A stretch of DNA of 64,000 nt from Rhizophagus irregularis (lineage: Eukaryota): positions 1,674,001-1,738,000 of the forward strand of contig NC_089435.1 in NCBI RefSeq assembly GCF_026210795.1. Reading direction: 5' to 3'. The number at the start of each line of letters is the position of its first letter. Position 1 is the first letter of the stretch. Below the pieces are notes generated by a model, which did no database searches, had not been told where the DNA came from, and saw only the letters and a list, made by a program, of their open reading frames with translations. The position numbers and the translations under genes were made by a program. Positions 38,020 through 50,444 of this stretch are shown one piece after another.

Positions 38020-39227
38020 GCTTTATATATTATTGACTTTATTATTGTCTTCTACCAATAAATTCAAAAAACCAGTATCAAGATAATTTACTTTAAGTAT
38101 ATTTTCAATATTTTGAACGCATCCTTCCAATGTACCATTTTTGGTCCTTCCACTAATGAATAGAATTGGTTCGTATTTATTTTTTTAAGTTTTCTTACAA
38201 GTTTTCTTCGAAATTCCGTACACAAATAATTAAACACATATGTTTGTAAAAATCCCCTATCAAAAGTAATAAAATATTATGAATAATATCAGATATAATT
38301 ACGAATTGTATAAAATCATTATTTAACTTACCATGGCACTAACTTAGTTGCTCCAAATAAAAATACGAAGACTCCTGACAAAAAGCTAAAGAATCCACTG
38401 ATGCTTGATAAAATTGAGGCAACTAAAGAGAAAAATAGGAAATAAAGATTTTAATTTTTATTTTCCTGAAATTAAAAAAATCAAGATAATTACGATCATA
38501 ATAAAATTCCTCTTGATAAAAAAATATCCTTTGATACTGGTCTTAATATAGGCATTGTTGTATTTGGGGTTGATAAATTTGTTAATATATGATCAGTATG
38601 TGCATTAAAGTCAACGAATTCTTCTTCCAATCCTCCCACAAGACCGTAAACATACTTGCTAAATATACGTTTGTTGATTATAGGTGAATAATATACGATT
38701 GCAGCTTGCTCATTCACAATAAATAAAGGAATAATAGAAATCAAATTAAAGCCAGAAGATGGATAAACTTTGTCTATTTTAAATCCATCTAAATAGGCTT
38801 CAGTGATATTGGGAGTTATTACTGTTCTATTCTCCATCAGATAATCGAAAGTATAGTAAACTTTCACCTCCATTTTTACAAATATGAGGGACATAACTAC
38901 TATTTATTATAGGCCCAGTTGTTTCGCATTGCTTTGGTTCAGGGTTAGTGTAGTTAAGATTTGAATTAAAATCAACATAATCAACGGACAAAATATTAGA
39001 AGAGTAATTACAATTTATAGGAATTATACTACAAATTCTGATAGCAATATTGCCATAATTTATATGTTTTATACTGGAAATTAAGTTGGTTTAGTAGTCG
39101 AAATAGAAAATTTTGAAAACTGATTAAGTATAAATAAGAATTGCAATTACAGTGAGAGAGAGCATAATCTCTTTAAAAAAATAAAAGAAAAAGGTTCAGT
39201 TGATGGTTTAGCTTCTGGAAATATCAT
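38020..39227 (-). pseudogene. Glomeromycota two-TM membrane protein family gene, frameshifted
   Basis: Hydrophobic N-terminal segment, a central ORF at 38496-38894, and a short exon IASILSSISGFFSFLSGVFVFLFGATKLVPW followed by GFLQ..YLD. Stops and frameshifts present. Confidence 0.45.
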
Positions 39228-39273
39228 TTTGAATAATTTCAAATTTAAAAAATAAACTGTCTAGTATAATGTA

Positions 39274-41250
39274 TTATCCGGTATCCCGTGATTTTTTCCA
39301 GTTTTTTTATAATTGTCGATCACTATGATAAATCATGTATTAAGCAATAAAATCTTTATATTGTATATTAGGCGTTATTTATATACTACAATATACATCA
39401 ATTGTTATAAATTGAACAATTATTATAGTAATATTTATTTATAATAATTTTTTTTCTTTTTTTCTTTTTATTATTATTAATATCTATATTTTTGTTAGTA
39501 GAAGTTTCCTGTAATGGCCGCTTGTTCTTATTTTCCAATAATTCCGAAGCCTTGCTAAATCCAGATAATACAATTTCTCCATGTTGCATATTGTCATCAC
39601 ATTGCACTTCATTATCATACTGTATTTCAGTTTTTGAGTTGATATCTGACGTATCTTCAGTTAACCTTTGCATAACCGAACCTAGAATCTTCCTTTTCTT
39701 TTCTTTTGTTACTTTAAGGTAATTACGCACTCCTGCAGATGAATTATGACCTGAAATTGCCATTGCTTCAACTTCTTCATTTCCGGCATCAAATATTGAT
39801 TGTATTGCCGTATCTCTTCCTGAATGGTTAGAAATATTTCTTCCGGAAATGTCAATACCGCACGCAATACAGATTTCACGAAACATCCCTCTAATCCGTT
39901 TTTCACCAAGTGCCCAATCATAATACCATTTACCTTTAGAAATTGCTAGTAAATAATATTAAAATTATAGATTTAATGTAATACAATAAAATAAATTAAT
40001 TTACCTGCTGTATTTGTTGAAATTCCTAAGTAAAATTCTTTGGTTATACAATCTGAGGGTCTCATTGAAATATATTTGCGAATATCTGCATTGGGTTCAG
40101 CTTTACCTTTAACATCTGATGGAAATGGAATTTCAAATGTATATTGGTTACTTTCCAACCCTCCTTGATCATTTTTTTGATGAAATTTCTTAAAAATAAA
40201 TCCATTATCTGTATCTTCAAATTGATTAATTAGTAAATTATAATGTTCACCACCTCGTGGACATCCTAATAAACATATCCATAAAAATACTCTTCTAAGT
40301 AATCCTTCAGGATTATTAAAAGACACAGCATCATGATCTAAAATAATTTTTAATTCGTCATTTGTCAAGCCTTCATGTGGCTTTGCCGCGCCTATTCCTA
40401 ACTTTTTCATCTCTTTTAATGTGCCATCAAGAGTAGCATGTAACTTTGGAAAATGATTTTTATCTAAAAGGTTATAGTTCCATTGTGGAATGGTGTCTTT
40501 AAGATGGCGGCTTATTGAAGCAACTGCATTTTTAAGTGAAGCTCTTGAATATCGCTCTCCAGATTTTGTTCTTATACCGTAAATAAACTCGCACATTTCT
40601 TTTTCAATTTGTTGATTAGAGGAAAGTGATTCTAATGTATATTTATAGCCTACATCTTCATGATTTCGCCAAGAATTTAAAATATTAATCCATTTTTTTG
40701 TACATTTAACTGTATTTTGTGGTACATGACTTTCTTGAACCTTTAAAAGTTCCTTAGCTGTAGGTTTAAAATAAGACTAAAAATTTATTAGTTTTTAAAA
40801 TATAATGATTTTAATAACAATCTGTATTTATAAAATACTTACTTCTTTTATATTCTCCATTATTTTACATTGAAATAATGTGCATAAAGAAATTATTGAA
40901 AGAGGTTAAAGAGGTTTATGTAAAAAAATATTAAAGGAGGTTATATGTAAAGAAATTATAAAAGAGGTTCGTGTAAAAAAAAAATTAAAAGAGGTTACAC
41001 GTAAAAGAGATTATGTGAAGAGAAAAAAAGCTTAAAAAAGCTTAAATAAATGATTTGTAATCACATAATCACAGGATACCGGATAAATCACTTATTCGGC
41101 ACTTCGAACCGAATAACTAACGCCACCTAAAGGTAGCTTATTATATTGGGAATCAAATTTGATCAGTTGATCGCGGAGCCCGGATCAACCAATCAAATTT
41201 GATTTACCCAATATAACAGTTATTCGGCACTTCGTGCCGAATAACTATTA
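39274..41250 (-). mobile_element. Crypton-type tyrosine recombinase transposon
   Basis: The recombinase gene is bracketed by a 20-bp inverted repeat (39274-39293 and 41067-41086, one mismatch), with hairpin-rich DNA at 41091-41250. Boundaries are approximate. Confidence 0.7.
39398..40860 (-). CDS. Crypton tyrosine recombinase (DUF3504/ZMYM-like region + catalytic domain), 445 aa, 3 exons
   Basis: Exons 40860-40843, 40776-40005 and 39945-39398 total 1338 nt and are open. Catalytic-type residues lie in PRGGEH, NHSGR, SGH and VRNY. Confidence 0.85.
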
Positions 41251-41489
41251 ATTATTGATCAGTCATTCGCATTCTTGATCAACGATCACCTGGCTCTGAT
41301 ATAGGTGTAATTCCTATATTGGTCAAAATATTTAAATAAGATTAAAATAAAGTCAATATACTTACGAATCTTGGTTTTCCATTCTTCGGAAGTCCACCCA
41401 CAATACAAACTAAATACAATCCGCTATTGAAATAAGTATAACAAATTTTACATTATTCATTTTTAATTTATGTATTAGAAATGGGTTTA

Positions 41490-41722
41490 TATACTTATTA
41501 TTTGATAATTTATAAAAAAAAAAGATTTATTTAAATTACAAACTAAGAAATTTGTAAAATATTTACTACTCTAGTCCTAGTGTTTAAATAATTCTAAGAA
41601 GAGAATACTTATATTTAATATTTGATAAAATATAAAAAAAAGGAATTATTTAAATTACAAACTAAGAATCTTTAAAATATTTTACTACTCTAGCCTTAGT
41701 GTTTAAATAAATCTAAAAAGAG
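41490..41722. repeat. About 117-bp tandem duplication downstream of the kinase stop
   Basis: TTTAAATTACAAACTAAGAA...TACTACTCTAG..TAGTGTTTAAATAA occurs twice. Confidence 0.7.
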
Positions 41723-41908
41723 TAAAGTGAAGAACAATTTTTTGTTAAATGCATGATATCAAATATTACAAAAAAAAAAGCTATATCTTTTTAAAACACA
41801 AATAATTAGTTAATTTTCATTTGTTTTAATATCTAAATATTAAATAAATAAATTAATTAATTTGTAAATTAATTTATTTTATATTATACCAGCTAAATTA
41901 TATACAAT

Positions 41909-44900
41909 TTACATACCTAATTTCAGCATACATTCATTCAAGTCTTCGCTTACTAGCATTTCACTCACTTGTACAGTAGTTTGTGAATTTTTACTTTCAA
42001 GAATTTCATTCAATTGTTTACTAGTAAAATTAAGTAAGCGACTTGTATAGCAAGCCTGTGAGTGAGATTCAGTAGCAAGATTGTTATGCCCAATTGGTGC
42101 ATTTATAAATTCCATAATATTGCATTTTAATTCTTCATTAATATCTTCAATTTTTTTACCACGAGGAAGAGAAGTCCATTCAAGAATAATTTCTAAAACT
42201 TCCTTAGAAGATGGTCTTTTTAATGGATCTTCATCCCAACATTTTTTCATCAAATCAACATAGCATTGTGGAGTATTTTCAATAATTTCAGGACGTTCAC
42301 CTTCACAAATACTTAAACTAAGTTGAATATCATGTGCTCTATTATTAAATGGTGGTATTCCAGATGTAAATTCCCACATAATCATAGAAAAACTATATAT
42401 ATCACTAGCTGGAGTATAAGGTTTGCCTCTTAATACTTCAGGTGCCATAAATGGTACAACACCATAAATATTATGTTCTTCCAATAATGATTTTACAGGT
42501 TGACATAATCCTAAATCACTAATAAAAATTTTACTCTCATCATGATTTAAAATATTGCCATCATGAAAATCATGATGGATAAGATTTTGATTATGTATAT
42601 TTTTAAGTCCAGAAATAATTTCATACAACATGCATAATTTTTGATCCCAACCACTTTCAACTATTCTTGTTAAGTTTCCTCTTAAATTACCTTTGTTTGC
42701 ATAATCCATTACCGCCATATATTTCAAAGTATCTGGATTTTTTGTAAATCCATAAAAATAAATAATTTCATATGAATCTAAACAACTTTCATGATATTTC
42801 CACTATAAAAAATAATAATATATTAATATAAGTACATTATAATTTAAATTAAAAAAATAGTAATATACTATCATACTTCATTTAAAAATTCATTTAAATT
42901 TTCATTTAAATTATCATGACATTTAAGAATTACTTCTCTATCTTTATTATTATACGACCAAATGGCTTTGTATATAGTACCAAATCCTCCTTTATTAAGA
43001 TATTCAACATTTTTAAAATTATTATAAGGAATCCGTATTAACTTTTTTTCAAAAATAAATTCATCCATGATTTTGTTTTCACTTTGTCCAAATCTACAGT
43101 ATAAATTTAAATAATTAAAATTATATAAAAGTTTATAATAAAATTTACACTAAAATTTAAGATTAAAATTAACACTTACTCTAAAATTTAAATAGGAATT
43201 TGAGATAATTTATGTCTTAGTTTTTGTATAAATATATAATAATAAGCTATATTTCATAACTTACCAACTAAAGTAATAGAAATTTTAAAAGAATACAGTT
43301 AGCAAATAAATATCTAGCAATAGAATTAAATAAATAACGTACCATCTATAAAATAATTTTTTAAATAAAGAAATTTAGTTAGTTTAAATTATATGTAAAT
43401 ATTATAACAATAAGTTAATAATAGAATTAAATAAATAACTTACTCCCTATATTATTTAAATAATTTTTTAAATAAAGAAATTTAGTTAGTTTAAATTATA
43501 TGTAAATATTATAACAATAAGTAATAATAGAATTAAATAAATAACTTATGACTTACCAACTAAAATAAATTACAAAATAATTTTTTAAATAAAGAAATTT
43601 AGTTAGTTTAAATTATGTGTAAATATTATAACAATAAGTAATAATAGAATTAAATAAATAACTTACGTTCTATTAGTAAATAAATAAAGAAATTAGATAG
43701 TTTAAATTATATGTAAATATTATAACAATAAGTAATAATAGAATTAAATAAATAACTTACTCCCTATATTATTTAAATAATTTTTTAAATAAAGAAATTT
43801 AGTTAGTTTAAATTATATGTAAATATTATAACAATAAGTAATAATAGAATTAAATAAATAACGTACGATCTATAAAATAATTTTTTAAATAATAAAATTT
43901 AGTTAGTTTAAATTATATGTAAATATTATAACAATAAGTAATAATAGAATTAAATAAATAACTTACTCCCTATATTATTTAAATAATTTTTTAAATAAAG
44001 AAATTTAGTTAGTTTAAATTATATGTAAATATTATAACAATAAGGAATAATAGAAATAAATAAATAACTTACTCCCTATATTATATAAATAATTTTTTAA
44101 ATAAAGAAATTTAGTTAGTTTAAATTATATGTAAATATTATAACAATAAGTTAATAATAGAATTAAATAAATAACTTACTCCCTATATTATTTAAATAAT
44201 TTTTAAATAAAGAAATTTAGTTAGTTTAAATTATATGTAAATATTATAACAATAAGTAATAATAGAATTAAATAAATAACTTACGAACTATATTATTTAA
44301 ATAATTTTTTAAATAAAGAAATTTAGTTGGTTTAAATTATATGTAAATATTATAACAATAAGTAATAATAGAATTAAATAAATAACGTACCATCTATAAA
44401 ATAATTTTTTAAATAAAGAAATTTAGTTAGTTTAAATTATATGTAAATATTATAACAATAAGTAATAATAGAATTAAATAAATAACTTACGAACTATATT
44501 ATTTAAATAATTTTTTAAATAAAGAAATTTAGTTAGTTTAAATTATATGTAAATATTATAACAATAAGTAATAATAGAATTAAATAAATAACTTACGAAC
44601 TACATTATTTTAAATAAAGAAATTTAGTTAGTTTAAATTATATGTAAATATTATAACAATAAGTAATATTAGAATTAAATAAATAACTTACGAACTATAT
44701 TATTTAAATAATTTTTTTAAATAAAGAAATTTAGTTAGTTTAAATTATATGTAAATATTATAACAATAAGTAATAATAGAATTAAATAAATAACGTACCA
44801 CCTATAAAATAATTTTTTAAATAAAGAAATTTAGTTAGTTTAAATTATATGTAAATATTATAACAATAAGTAATAATAGAATTAATAAATAACTTACGAA

Positions 44901-47900
44901 CTATATTATTTAAATAATTTTTTAAATAAAGAAATTTAGTTAGTTTAAATTATATGTAAATATTATAACAATAAGTAATAATAGAATTAAATAAATAACT
45001 TACTCCCTATATTATTTAAATAATTTTTTAAATAAAGAAATTTAGTTGGTTTAAATTATATGTAAATATTATAACAATAAGTAATAATAGAATTAAATAA
45101 ATAACTTACTCGCTATATTATTTAAATAATTTTTTAAATAAAGAAATTTAGTTAGTTTAAATTATATGTAAATATTATAACAATAAGTAATAATAGAATT
45201 AAATAAATAACGTACCATCTATAAAATAATTTTTTAAATAAAGAAATTTAGTTAGTTTAAATTATATGTAAATATTATAACAATAAGTAATATTAGAATT
45301 AAATAAATAACGTACCATCTATAAAATAATTTTTTAAATAAAGAAATTTAATTAGTTTAAATTATATGTAAATATTATAACAATAAGTAATATTAGAATT
45401 AAATAAATAACTTACAAGCTATTATTTAAATAATTTTTTAAATAAAGAAATTTAGTTAGTTTAAATTATATGTAAATATTATAACAATAAGTAATAATAG
45501 AATTATATAAATAACTTATGACTTACCAACTAAAATAAATTACAAAATAATTTTTTAAATAAAGAAATTTAGTTAGTTTAAATTATACAGTATGTAAATA
45601 TTATAACAATAAGTAATAATAGAATTAAATAAATAACTTACAAGCTATTATTTAAATAATTTTTTAAATTTAGAAATTTGGTTAGTTTAAATTATATAAT
45701 ATTATAACAATAAGTAATAATAGAATTAAATAAATAACTTACTCCCTATATTATTTAAATAATTTTTTAAATAAAGAAATTTAGCGTTTATTATATGTAA
45801 ATATTATAACAATAAGTAATAATAGAATTAAATAAATAACTTACTCCCTATATTATTTAAATAATTTTTTAAATAAAGAAATTTAGTTAGTTTAAATTAT
45901 ATGTAAATATTATAACAATAAGTAATAATAGAATAAAATAAATAAATTTCTACAAGCTATTATTTAAATAATTTTTTAAATAAAGAAATTTAGTTAGTTT
46001 AAATTATATGTAAATATTATAATAATAAGTAATAATAATAGAATTAAATAAATAACTTACTCCCTATATTATTTAAATAATTTTTTAAATAAAGAAATTT
46101 AGTTAGTTTAAATTATATAAATATTATAACAATAAGTAATAATAGAATTAAAATAAATAATCTTACTCCCTATAATATTAAATAATTTTTTAAATAAAGA
46201 AATTTAGTTAGTTTAAATTATATAAATATTATAACAATAAGTAATAATAGAATTAAATAAATAACTTACGAACTATATTATTGGGGCCACTTTAAATAAA
46301 GAAATTTAGTTAGTTGAATATATATAAATATTATAACAATAAGTAATAATAGAATTAAATAAATAACGTACCATCTGTAAAATAATTTTTTAAATAAAGA
46401 AATTTAGTTAGTTTAAATTATATGTAAATATTATAACAATAAGTAATAATAGAATTAAATAAATAACGTACAATCTATAAAATAATTTTTAAATAAAGAA
46501 ATTTAGTTAGTTTAAATTATATGTAAATATTATAACAATAAGTAATAATAGAATTAAATAAATAACGTACCATCTATAAAATAATTTTTTAAATAAAGAA
46601 ATTGTTAGTTTAAATTATGTGTAAATATTATAACAATAAGTAATAATAGAATTAAATAAATAACTTACGTTCTATTAAATAAATAAAGAAATTAGATAGT
46701 TTAAATTATATGTAAATATTATAACAATAAGTAATAATAGAATTAAATAAATAACTTACGTTCTATTAAATAAATAAAGAAATTAGATAGTTTAAATTAT
46801 ATGTAAATATTATAACAATAAGTAATAATAGAATTAAATAAATAACTTACTCCCTATATTATTTAAATAATTTTTTAAATAAAGAAATTTAGTTAGTTTA
46901 AATTATATGTAAATATTATAACAATAAGTAATAATAGAATTAAATAAATAACTTACTCCCTATATTATTTAAATAATTTTTTAAATAAAGAAATTTAGTT
47001 AGTTTAAATTATATAATATTATAACAATAAGTAATAATAGAATTAAATAAATAACTTACTCCCTATATTATTTAAATGATTTTTTAAATAAAGAAATTTA
47101 GTTAGTTTAAATTATATGTAAATATTATAACAATAAGTAATAATAGAATTAAATAAATAACTTACGAACTATATTATTTAAATAATTTTTTAAATAAAGA
47201 AAATTAGTTAGTTTAAATTATATGTAAATATTATAACAATAAGTAATAATAGAATTAAATAAATAACGTACCACCTATAAAATAATTTTTTAAATAAAGA
47301 AATTTAGTTAGTTTAAATTATATGTAAATATTATAACAATAAGTAATAATAGAATTAAATAAATAACTTACGTTCTATTAAATAAATAAAGAAATTAGAT
47401 AGTTTAAATTATATGTAAATATTATAACAATAAGTAATAATAGAATTAAATAAATAACTTACGTTCTATTAAATAAAGAAGAAATTAGATAATTTAAATT
47501 ATATGTAAATATTATAACAATAAGTAATAATAGAATTAAATAAATAACTTACGTTCTATTAAATAAATAAAGAAATTAGATAATTTAAATTATATGTAAA
47601 TATTATAACAATAAGTAATAATAGAATTAAATAAATAACGTACCATCTATAAAATAATTTTTTAAATAAAGAAATTTAGTTAACTTAATTGTATTACAAT
47701 AGAAATATAGACATCATATAACTTACACCCTGAATTATTATTAATTTTTAATTAGTTAAATATAGATATAAATATAATAGAAAGATATTCACTATAAATT
47801 GAATATATTACTTACAATCTATTTATTTTAAATTAAGAATATAATTAGTTAAATTATATTAAAATATTAATAAATAAGTCTAATATTAAATATAGCATTC

Positions 47901-48196
47901 TTAAGTATTATAACTTACCAGCTGTAATAATATTTAAACATAGAATTTAGTTATTTGATTATTATGTAAAATAAATAGTAAAAAACTAAAATTTAAATAA
48001 CTGATAACTTACAAACTTATAGTATTATTAACCATAAATAAATTATTTAGTTACATAGAATATAATGATAATAATTAATTTTTAATATAATTTTTATATA
48101 ATATGATAGTTAGTTTATATTTGCAAAATTGTTTAAAAATTTGATGGGATAATTCTAATTTTATTTTATAGCTGTATGATTACCTTTATGATCCAT
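41909..48196 (-). CDS. Tyrosine-kinase-like protein kinase (predicted 422 aa, 52 exons) whose N-terminus is assembled from microexons
   Basis: The kinase exons 43093-42877 and 42802-41909 are solid (KGGFGTIYKA, VILK, HHDFHDGN, DLG, APE, DIYSF). The upstream model is inferred from splice signals: exon 48196-48184 (ATGGATCATAAAG), 48 three-nt exons and a 1-nt exon at 43180. Total 1269 nt, in frame, no stops. Confidence 0.75.
43180..48015 (-). repeat. Tandem array of ~80-115-bp intron units separated by 3-nt microexons (homogeneous core about 43320-47680)
   Basis: Every core unit reads YAG-NNN-GTAAGT or GTACGT on the minus strand (two donors are GTAGAA and GTAAGA), and most carry AACTAAC about 35-40 nt before the AG. 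Confidence 0.9.
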
Positions 48197-50444
48197 TACT
48201 ATATCAAATTCTTCCTAATTGGAAAGATAAAGTGAATATGTATATCCTTTTTTCTTTTTTTTTATTTATCTTAAACGCCTTATTAGTACAGATATTAAAA
48301 TGGTAATAATATTTATGCAAAACGCATTGTATACAAAATGTTGATCGCAAGTACAAGTTGTATGACGCATGTCCGGAATGCATGTTGTAAGACCTAAGTC
48401 CGTATAATAATACGTTTGCCACCTTAGGACTTAACAAAATAATACTTTATTAATAATATAAATAAATACAATAATATGCTTAGTAGTTTAACAATACTAT
48501 AAAATAATAACTAAATATTTATCCAAATATTTCCCTAAATTCGTAACCTGATTTTCCACAATGTCGCCTTTATACAAAGAAACTTCTGCGCATCCCTTTT
48601 TATTAGTTTAACTGCAAAATCTGAAAATATCCTTATCTCATATAACTTTATACTCATAAAAACTACAAGTATTAGTACTTGTTATTTTTCATGTTTTTGA
48701 AATTTCCATTTTTCTTCGTTTTTGATCTTCAAAACCCTTTCCTTAAATGTTAATATCCTAATTATAGATTCTTTCATCATGATCTACAAATCAATCACAT
48801 GATTTCCAATCATCTGATAATCATCTGACTTAAATCTTTCATCTTGGACGTTACATTTCAATATTAAATACTAAAAATTTTAGAAAAAAAAAAAAAACTC
48901 TTCCCCCTTTCCGTCTGATTTCATAGAAATCCGCAGTATACACAAATTTTTTATTTTTTAAAATTTTTAACCCTTTACGTTGGTATAAAAGGAGTGAGGA
49001 CCACTTGGTGGCCTCGACAGAAAGTTCTCCTTAATACACCCCGTTGCTTTTGGAGAGTATTTTATAATAGTATACCAAATATTTTTATCATTATAACACC
49101 TTTGAATATTTTACCTTCCTTTGGGAAAAAAAACCCCTCTGACGCTTCTGCTTCTAAATCGCACGTGACCGTTCCTGATAAGGATGGTTACAACAAAAAA
49201 TCTTTACACAAAATACGTAATATTTTTGCTTATTCATTTCAAACTCACAAGCTTAATCCATATATAGTTAACGATACACGAGGTAGTGGTACCTTGTATA
49301 ACACCAAAAAAAGTAGATACTTCCTTATGGAGTTACACCCAAATGCTGATCTTTGTTTAACAAAGAAAAATTCTTTCAACGTCTACACCAATGATATTGA
49401 TATGCATAATGATCATCAGAGGATCTTCAACTCAACTAGTAAAAAAGTTAATCTTAATTACTTGATAGGGACATATCTCGCTTTTATATTCACAGGTCGA
49501 ACAGATGTCATTGTCGCAAAATTTGCCTGGAATTTTTCTGGCAAATTGAGAATTATCCCGGTAAATTGGGGTAAATTGTGTTACAATTTTGGGATAATGG
49601 AGGACTTACAATTTGGCAAATTTTGTCAAAATGGCGGAATTCCTACAGAATTCCTAATTCAAATATTGAGAAATTTTTCAGTAAATTATCATTAATTGTG
49701 GGAAATTTTAGGTAAATTTTTAGTAATTTTATGTAAATTGTAGTGAATTTAGTCAAATTTTTAGTAATTTTATGTAAACGTAATGTGAATTTAGTCAAAT
49801 TTTTAGTAATTTTATGTAAACGTAATGCAAATTGTGGTGAATTTAGTCAAATTTTTAGTAATTTTATGCAAACGTAATGCAAATTGTGGTAAATTGTAAT
49901 GTATTTTTAGTAATGTTATATAAATTGTTGAAAATTTAGGTGAATTTTTCAGCAATGTTGTGCAAACGTAATACAAATTGTGGAAAATTGTGGTGAATTT
50001 TGCATTTTTTCGGTAAATGTTAGCTAAACTTTTGATAATTTAGTGAAATTTAGGATAATTTTGGACAATTGAGTGAAAAATGTTTTACTGATTTTGTACA
50101 ATTGAGTGTAAACAGTATAAACGCAACATTTTCGGAGACAATTTAGTGAAATTTTGCAATAATTTCGGACAATTGAGTGAAATTTTGCAATAATTTCGGA
50201 CAATTGAGTGAAATTTAGTAATAATTTTAAACAATTTAGTGCAAATACCATGACAATTTAAAACACTGGTTTAATAATTTTACATAATTTATTACAATAT
50301 TATTTATTAACAAATGCACAATTATTATTTAACGATGAGAATCTATATTAATCTATATTCATCAGATATCCAATGATCCATGGGTAATCCGCACATCTAA
50401 TTCATTCATGTATCTCCGATGCCAAAGTAGAAGCTGGTGAAAAC

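Noticed and set aside
43320..47680. CRISPR-like repeat/spacer array
   Set aside because: The context is eukaryotic with no cas genes, the repeats are ~100 bp, and the variable part is only 3 nt, recurrent and bounded by splice sites.
48013..48035. Alternative kinase first exon ATGGTTAATAATACTATAAGTTT (phase 2)
   Set aside because: It puts the microexons in phase 2, giving TGA at the CTG|ATT junction and at several ATG|A junctions.
49491..49695. C-terminal part of track ORF 48994-49695
   Set aside because: Read-through into the transposon TIR and subterminal repeats, not part of the original protein.
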